Assembly: GCA_963806225.1 (NCBI GenBank) | Contig: CAWDXG010000004.1 | Location: 4,448,001-4,512,000 of the forward strand | Length of the DNA: 64,000 nucleotides | From: an uncultured delta proteobacterium | GTDB taxonomy: Bacteria; Myxococcota_A; Polyangia; Polyangiales; Polyangiaceae | Direction: 5' to 3' | Shown here: positions 58,586-64,000 of the stretch, piece by piece | Position numbering within the stretch: position 1 is the stretch's first letter | Layout: every line of letters begins with the position of its first letter | Made by a program: the position numbers and the translations under genes | The notes under the pieces: model-generated | What the model was told of the DNA's origin: nothing | The model's database searches: none | What the model saw: the letters and a program-made list of their open reading frames with translations, nothing else

Positions 58586-60802
58586 ATGCGAGTCAACCGG
58601 CGCACCTTCATCAAGATCGGCGGAGTCGCCGCGGGCGCGGCGGCCGTCGGCATTCCCCTCGTTGCCCAGCATGCCGCCGGCCACCGCGAGCTCGCGCTCG
58701 ACCCTGGCACCGACGGCGACGAGATCGTCCCGACCTTCTGCGAGATGTGCTTCTGGAAGTGCGGCGTGCTCGCGCACGTGCGGCAGGGACGCGTCACCAA
58801 GATCGTCGGCAACCCCGAGCACCCGCTCTCGCGCGGGCACCTGTGTCCTCGCGGCACGGGCGGGACGGGGCTGCTCTACGACCCCGACCGGTTGAAGAAG
58901 CCGCTCATCCGGCGAAGCAAGCGCGGCGAGCAGGTCTTCGAGGAGGTGAGCTGGGACGAAGCGCTCGACCACGTCGCCAAGCAGCTCACCCGCATCAAGA
59001 ACAAGTACGGTCCCGAGGCGCTCGCCGTCTTCACGCACGGCTTCGGTGGCTCGTGGTTCAACAAGCTGGCCGCCGCCTACGGCACGCGCAACACGGGCGC
59101 GCCGGGCTACGCGCAGTGCCGCGGCTCGCGCGACGTGGCGTGGGAGCTCACCTATGGCTGCCCCGTCGGCTCTCCCGAGGCTACCGACATCGAGAACGCG
59201 CGCGTGCTCACGCTCATCGGCAGCCACCTGGGCGAGAACATGCACAACACCCAGGTGCAGGAGCTCGCGCGCGCTATCGACAAGGGTGCGGAGCTGGTCG
59301 TCGTCGACCCGCGCTTCAGCGTGGCGGCGGGAAAGGCGCGCTACTGGCTGCCGATCAAGCCGGGTACCGACATCGCGCTGCTGCTCGCGTGGATGCACGT
59401 GATCGTGGGCGAGAAGCTGTACGACCGCGACTACGTCGACAAGTACAGCGTCGGCCTCGACAAGCTCGCCGAGCACCTCCTGGACAAGACGCCCGAGTGG
59501 GCCGCGGTCGAGACGGGCATCGAGGCAGGGACGATTGTGGAGACGGCGCGTTTCATCGCGGGCGCGCGGCCCGCGTCGCTGGTCCACCCCGGACGCCGCG
59601 CCGCGTGGTACGGCAACGACACGCAGCGTGGCCGCGCCATTGCGATCCTCGACGCGTTGCTCGGAGCGTGGGGCCGCAAGGGCGGCTTCTACCTGCCGGC
59701 GCCAATGAGCGTGCCTGCCTACCCGGGCATTCCGAAGCCGACGTACAAGCCGAAGGACCCCGTCGACATGCCGCTCGGGAAGGTGTTCCCGTTCGCGGAC
59801 GAGGGGCTCGCCCACGGTCTGCGCGACGCCAGCCTGCCCGGTGCGAAGGTTGCCTATCCGCTCAAGGCCTGGTTCGTCTACGGCACCAACCTGCCGATGG
59901 CGCTGCCCGAGCCGAAGAAGACAATCGAGGCGCTGAAGGCGCTCGACTTCGTGGTGTCCGTGGATGTGTTGCCAACGGAGATCACCGGCTGGGCCGACGT
60001 GGTGCTGCCCGAAGCAACGTACCTCGAGCGCTTCGACGATCTGCACGTGGCGCCCTTCAAGCCGAGCTACACGGCGCTCCGGCAGCCGGTGATCGAGCCC
60101 ATGTACGACTCGAAGCCAGGCTGGTGGATTGCCAGGGAGCTCGCCAAGCGTCTCGGCCTGGGTGACTACTTCCCGTTCGAGCGCGTCGAGGACTACCTGC
60201 AGAAGCGCCTGTCACTGATGGGCTCGTCGCTCGACGACATCCGGGTGAAGGGTGTGCTCACGGCGCCGAAGCAGCCCATCTACATCGAGGAAGGTGTGGT
60301 GCCGGACATTGCGACGCCGTCGAAGAAGATCGAGCTCTTCTCGCAGCAGCTCGCCGACGCTGGGCTCGACCCTCTGCCGAACTACACGCGGCCCGACGCG
60401 GGGCCGCCCGGGAGCTTCCGGCTCCTGACCGGGCGCACGCCCACGCAGACGTTCAGCCGCACCACGAACAACCGCTTCCTGGCGCGGGTCTACGACACGA
60501 ACGACGTGTGGGTGAACGCAGGCCGGGCGCGCGAGCTCGGTCTCTCGAACGGCGACATGGTCGTGCTCGTGAACCAGGACGGGGCGCGCACCGCGCCGCT
60601 GCCGCTCCGGGCCACCGAGCGCATCCGGCCCGACTGCGTGTTCATGGTGCACGGCTACGGCCACACGTCGAAGGGGCTGAAGTTCGCGCGCGGGCGCGGC
60701 GCGTGTGACACCGACGTGTGCACGAAGACCAAAATCGATCCCGTGATGGGCGGAACCGCGGTCAACGTGAACTTCGTCCGGATCGAAAGGGTATCGGCAT
60801 GA
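58586..60802 (+). CDS. psrA: Polysulfide/thiosulfate reductase catalytic molybdopterin subunit (PsrA/PhsA-like)
   Basis: Tat signal NRRTFIK, FS0 motif CEMCFWKC...C, likely Mo-ligand Cys in AQCRG, ADVVLPEATYLER. Confidence 0.85.
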   Translation: MRVNRRTFIKIGGVAAGAAAVGIPLVAQHAAGHRELALDPGTDGDEIVPTFCEMCFWKCGVLAHVRQGRVTKIVGNPEHPLSRGHLCPRGTGGTGLLYDPDRLKKPLIRRSKRGEQVFEEVSWDEALDHVAKQLTRIKNKYGPEALAVFTHGFGGSWFNKLAAAYGTRNTGAPGYAQCRGSRDVAWELTYGCPVGSPEATDIENARVLTLIGSHLGENMHNTQVQELARAIDKGAELVVVDPRFSVAAGKARYWLPIKPGTDIALLLAWMHVIVGEKLYDRDYVDKYSVGLDKLAEHLLDKTPEWAAVETGIEAGTIVETARFIAGARPASLVHPGRRAAWYGNDTQRGRAIAILDALLGAWGRKGGFYLPAPMSVPAYPGIPKPTYKPKDPVDMPLGKVFPFADEGLAHGLRDASLPGAKVAYPLKAWFVYGTNLPMALPEPKKTIEALKALDFVVSVDVLPTEITGWADVVLPEATYLERFDDLHVAPFKPSYTALRQPVIEPMYDSKPGWWIARELAKRLGLGDYFPFERVEDYLQKRLSLMGSSLDDIRVKGVLTAPKQPIYIEEGVVPDIATPSKKIELFSQQLADAGLDPLPNYTRPDAGPPGSFRLLTGRTPTQTFSRTTNNRFLARVYDTNDVWVNAGRARELGLSNGDMVVLVNQDGARTAPLPLRATERIRPDCVFMVHGYGHTSKGLKFARGRGACDTDVCTKTKIDPVMGGTAVNVNFVRIERVSA

Positions 60803-61338
60803 CCAAGCGCTACGCGATGGTGGTCGACACCAAGAAGTGCGTGGGCTGCAAGGCCTGTGCACTTGCCTGTGCAGCCGAGAACAACGTGCCGCAGGGCTTC
60901 ACGAGGAGCTGGGTCGTTGAAGAGACCCGCGGCGTGTTTCCCGAGCTGAGGCAGCAGTTCCTTTCGGAGCGCTGCAACCAGTGCACGGACGCCGCCTGCG
61001 TCGAGGTCTGCCCGACCGGTGCAAGCCACTTCGCCGAAGGCGGCGTGGTGCTTGTCGACCACAACAAGTGCACCGGCTGCAAGGCCTGCATTGCTTCCTG
61101 CCCGTACGACGCGCGCTACGTGCACCCGGCCGGCTACGTCGACAAGTGCACGTTCTGTCTGCACCGCGTGCAGGCGGGCAAGGAGCCGGCCTGTGTCGAG
61201 GTGTGCCCCACCCGGAGCCTGCACTTCGGCGACCGGAACGACCCGGAGAGCGAGGTTTCGGTTCTCCTGCGCACGCGCAAGTCGAAGGTGCTGCACCCCG
61301 AAGCGGGCACCGAGCCCAACGTCTTCTTCCTCGAGTGA
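60799..61338 (+). CDS. psrB: 4Fe-4S electron-transfer subunit (PsrB/NrfC)
   Basis: CVGCKACALAC, CNQC...CVEVCP, CTGCKACIASCP, CTFC...CVEVCP. ATGA overlap with psrA. Confidence 0.9.
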   Translation: MTKRYAMVVDTKKCVGCKACALACAAENNVPQGFTRSWVVEETRGVFPELRQQFLSERCNQCTDAACVEVCPTGASHFAEGGVVLVDHNKCTGCKACIASCPYDARYVHPAGYVDKCTFCLHRVQAGKEPACVEVCPTRSLHFGDRNDPESEVSVLLRTRKSKVLHPEAGTEPNVFFLE

Positions 61339-61347
61339 GAAAATGCG

Positions 61348-62325
61348 ATGAACCCCGTCTACACCGAAGTCCTCAGTACCCGTCACAACCACCTGGTCGA
61401 CCCCGGGCTGCACATCTGGGGCTGGGAAATCCCGGTCTATCTGTTCCTGGGCGGAGTCGTCGCCGGTGTGATGGTGCTGCTCGCGCTGCTCGAGCTCCGG
61501 CGACGCAGGCGCCCGGTTTCGCCGGCAGCCCAGTGGATGCCCTTCGTGGCCATTGCGCTGCTTTCGCTAGGCATGGGCGCGCTGTTTCTCGATCTCGACT
61601 TCAAGGCGCACGTCTATCGCTTCTACGCCGCGTTCGAGCCGACCTCGCCGATGAGCTGGGGCGCGTGGATCCTGATCGCGGTCTACCCGGTGCTGGTGCT
61701 GCTCGGGCTGGGCGCGCTGGACGACTCGACGCGGCAGTGGCTCGGCAAGTGGCGGCCGCTCAAGCCCGTTTCGCGGCCGCTGGCCTGGGCTTTCCGCCTG
61801 GCCGACGGCACGCGGCGCGGCATGGTGTGGGCTTCGCTCGCGCTCGGCGTCGGGCTCGGCGCGTACACCGGGCTGCTGCTCGGCACGATGGTGGCGCGGC
61901 TCGGCTGGAACAGCGGCGTGATGGGTCCGCTGTTCCTCACCTCGGGCGTCTCGACAGGTGCCGCGCTGATGATGCTCTTCCACCTGGAGAAGGAGGAGGA
62001 GCACCTGATGCTGCGCTGGGACACGGTGGCCATCACGGTCGAGCTCCTGCTGCTCGCCGCGCTGTTGGTGTCGTTCTCCACCGGCGGTGCGACCGGGGAA
62101 ATTGCCGCGCACAACTTGATGGGCGGGCGCTTCACACCCTGGTTCTGGTCACTGGTGGTGGTCGGCGGGCTGATCGTGCCGCTCACGATGAATCTGCTGG
62201 AAGTGCGCGGTCGCGCGCGGGCGAGCGTGGTCGCCCCCATCCTGGTGCTGGTCGGTGGCCTGGCGCTGCGCGCTGTGCTGGTCGCATCCGGGCAGGCCAC
62301 CGCGTTCCACATGCTCGGCGGTTGA
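61348..62325 (+). CDS. psrC: NrfD/PsrC membrane anchor
   Basis: WGWEIPVYLFLGG, LFLDL, SPMSWGAW, YTGLLL; about 8 TM helices. Confidence 0.88.
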   Translation: MNPVYTEVLSTRHNHLVDPGLHIWGWEIPVYLFLGGVVAGVMVLLALLELRRRRRPVSPAAQWMPFVAIALLSLGMGALFLDLDFKAHVYRFYAAFEPTSPMSWGAWILIAVYPVLVLLGLGALDDSTRQWLGKWRPLKPVSRPLAWAFRLADGTRRGMVWASLALGVGLGAYTGLLLGTMVARLGWNSGVMGPLFLTSGVSTGAALMMLFHLEKEEEHLMLRWDTVAITVELLLLAALLVSFSTGGATGEIAAHNLMGGRFTPWFWSLVVVGGLIVPLTMNLLEVRGRARASVVAPILVLVGGLALRAVLVASGQATAFHMLGG

Positions 62326-62336
62326 AAGGAAGCGCC

Positions 62337-62903
62337 ATGGAAGACACGGCAAAGCCTCTCGAGGCCACGACACACAGACCGGACGCGGACGACACCTCGC
62401 GCGCGGACTGGAACCCGTACGTCGCTGGTATCGCGCTCGGGCTCGTGCTGCTCGCCTCGTACGTACTGATGGGCTTCGGGCTGGGTGCGTCGTCCGCGGC
62501 GGCGCGGGTCGGCTACGCCGCCGCTCACGCCGTCGCGCCTGCCGCGATCGACCACAACGCGTACATGGCGCCGTACGTGGCCGGCAACCCGTTCGAGGAC
62601 TGGATGGTGTTCGAGGTCATCGGCGTGCTGCTCGGCGGCATCCTGGCGGCCTACTCGGGCGGACGGCTGATGCGCCGGCCCACGCTGCTCAAGGGACCGC
62701 GCGCGAGCGTGGGGTATCGCATCGCGTTCGCCCTGGGCGGCGGCGCGCTGATGGGCTTCGCTGCCCGGCTCGCCCGCGGCTGCACTTCGGGCCAGGCGCT
62801 CACCGGCGGCGCGGTGCTGTCGGTCGGCTCGTGGGTGTTCATGTTCGCCGTGTTCGCCGGCGGCTACATGCTGGCGCCCTTCATCAGGAGGATGTGGCGA
62901 TGA
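62337..62903 (+). CDS. YeeE/YedE sulfur-compound transporter subunit
   Basis: WNPYVAG, GLGAS, ARLARGCTSG. Confidence 0.88.
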   Translation: MEDTAKPLEATTHRPDADDTSRADWNPYVAGIALGLVLLASYVLMGFGLGASSAAARVGYAAAHAVAPAAIDHNAYMAPYVAGNPFEDWMVFEVIGVLLGGILAAYSGGRLMRRPTLLKGPRASVGYRIAFALGGGALMGFAARLARGCTSGQALTGGAVLSVGSWVFMFAVFAGGYMLAPFIRRMWR

Positions 62904-64000
62904 CCGCTCCGTTCATGCCCGGAGTTCTGGCGGCGACCGCTCCGTTCTACCAGCTCGACGCCTTCGGCTATCCGGTGGCGATGGCGCTGGCCACGCTGCT
63001 CGGCATCGGCTTCGGCTACACGCTCGAGCGCGCCGGTTTCAGCCGCTCTCCGGTGTTGGCCGCGGAGTTCTACGGCCGCGACATGCGCGTCCTGAAAGTG
63101 ATGTTCACGGCTATCGCGACGACGGCGGTGGGCCTGGCGCTGCTCGGCGGCATCGGCTGGGTCGACCTCGCGGCGCTGAAGATCCCAGAGACCTGGCTGT
63201 GGCCGCAGCTGGTCGGCGGCGTGCTGCTCGGCATGGGTTTCATCATGGCGGGCTATTGCCCGGGCACGTCCTTGGTCGCCGCAGGTTCCGGCTACAGTGA
63301 TGGCCTGCTCACGCTCGTGGGCGTCATCGTGGGGTCGATCGTGTTCGGCTTCGCGTATCCCTCGCTCGCCCATTTCTACGAATCGAGCGCGATGGGCGTG
63401 GCCACGCTGCCGAAGCTCACCGGCTTGCCGTGGGCGGTGCTGGCTGCGCTGATCGTGGTCGTTGCGTTGGGCTCGTTCCTGCTCGCCGAGAAGGTCGAGC
63501 GCGTCTTCGCGAAGAAGGACGCAGCCGAGCCACCTCCCGGCAATGCCCCGACGCGCAACCGCGTGCTCGGCGGACTGGCCGTTGCTGCGGGGCTTTCGCT
63601 GGTCACGCTGCTCCTGCCGGCGAAGAAGCCACCGATCGCGGCAGAGCCGCGCACGACGCCGATCACGGTGACGGAGCTGGCCAGACAGATCGCTGCGGAT
63701 CGCGCGTTGCTGTACGTCGTCGACGCGCGCAGCCCGAAGGAATGCGCGGCTGCGCGCATCCCCGGCGCGATGTGCCTGACGCAGAAGGACCCGGTTGGCG
63801 CGTTCATCGGCAAATTGCCGAGCACGCGATCGCTCGTGATCTACGCGGCAGCCGATCTCCACGGGCTTCCGGCCGGTGCCAGCGGCTACAAGGGCCAGGT
63901 GCGCGTGCTCGCGGGCGGCTACGCGGCGTGGAAGGCCTCTGTGCTGGACAAGCCCGCGCCTCCGCATAGGCCGACGGCCGCTGCGGTCCAGGCCTATCGC
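62900..64000 (+). CDS. YeeE/YedE transporter fused to a rhodanese-like domain (runs off the right edge)
   Basis: My translation from ATG 62900: GFGYTLERAGF, FYGRDMRVLKVMF, GYCPGT, then VVDARS..C...RIPGA and RVLAGGYAAW. Confidence 0.8.
   Translation, partial: MTAPFMPGVLAATAPFYQLDAFGYPVAMALATLLGIGFGYTLERAGFSRSPVLAAEFYGRDMRVLKVMFTAIATTAVGLALLGGIGWVDLAALKIPETWLWPQLVGGVLLGMGFIMAGYCPGTSLVAAGSGYSDGLLTLVGVIVGSIVFGFAYPSLAHFYESSAMGVATLPKLTGLPWAVLAALIVVVALGSFLLAEKVERVFAKKDAAEPPPGNAPTRNRVLGGLAVAAGLSLVTLLLPAKKPPIAAEPRTTPITVTELARQIAADRALLYVVDARSPKECAAARIPGAMCLTQKDPVGAFIGKLPSTRSLVIYAAADLHGLPAGASGYKGQVRVLAGGYAAWKASVLDKPAPPHRPTAAAVQAYR

Noticed and set aside
58586..60802. Selenocysteine recoding in the molybdoenzyme
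   Set aside because: No in-frame TGA; the likely ligand position is Cys.

Overview
64 kb of high-GC chromosomal DNA whose gene content (MYXO-CTERM sorting tail, DxxNCGxCG Cys-repeat lipoprotein, Gly-rich lipoproteins, kinase-AAA-TPR protein) points to Myxococcota, probably Polyangia-like. I found no rRNA, tRNA, CRISPR array or mobile element. There are about 52 CDS. Highlights: (1) a coupled pair at 3158-4770 of a splicease-like radical SAM/SPASM enzyme and a small zinc-ribbon/lipobox protein carrying C-Y-G, a candidate RiPP or lipoprotein modification system; (2) a sulfur-respiration locus at 55143-64000 with a sigma54 activator, a 12-heme cytochrome c, psrABC-like genes and two YeeE transporters, one fused to a rhodanese-like domain. 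Its promoter is readable: phased enhancer sites, an IHF box and a -24/-12 element; (3) a fluoride riboswitch before crcB-DUF190; (4) an Xre/RES toxin-antitoxin pair with twin palindromic operators over a sigma70 promoter; (5) four apparent +1 frameshifts, two in a near-identical 17-mer inside transcription regulators, which may be systematic sequencing error or recoding; (6) a YyaL-aldo/keto reductase fusion and an orphan methyltransferase. All family calls come from motif recognition, not database searches.
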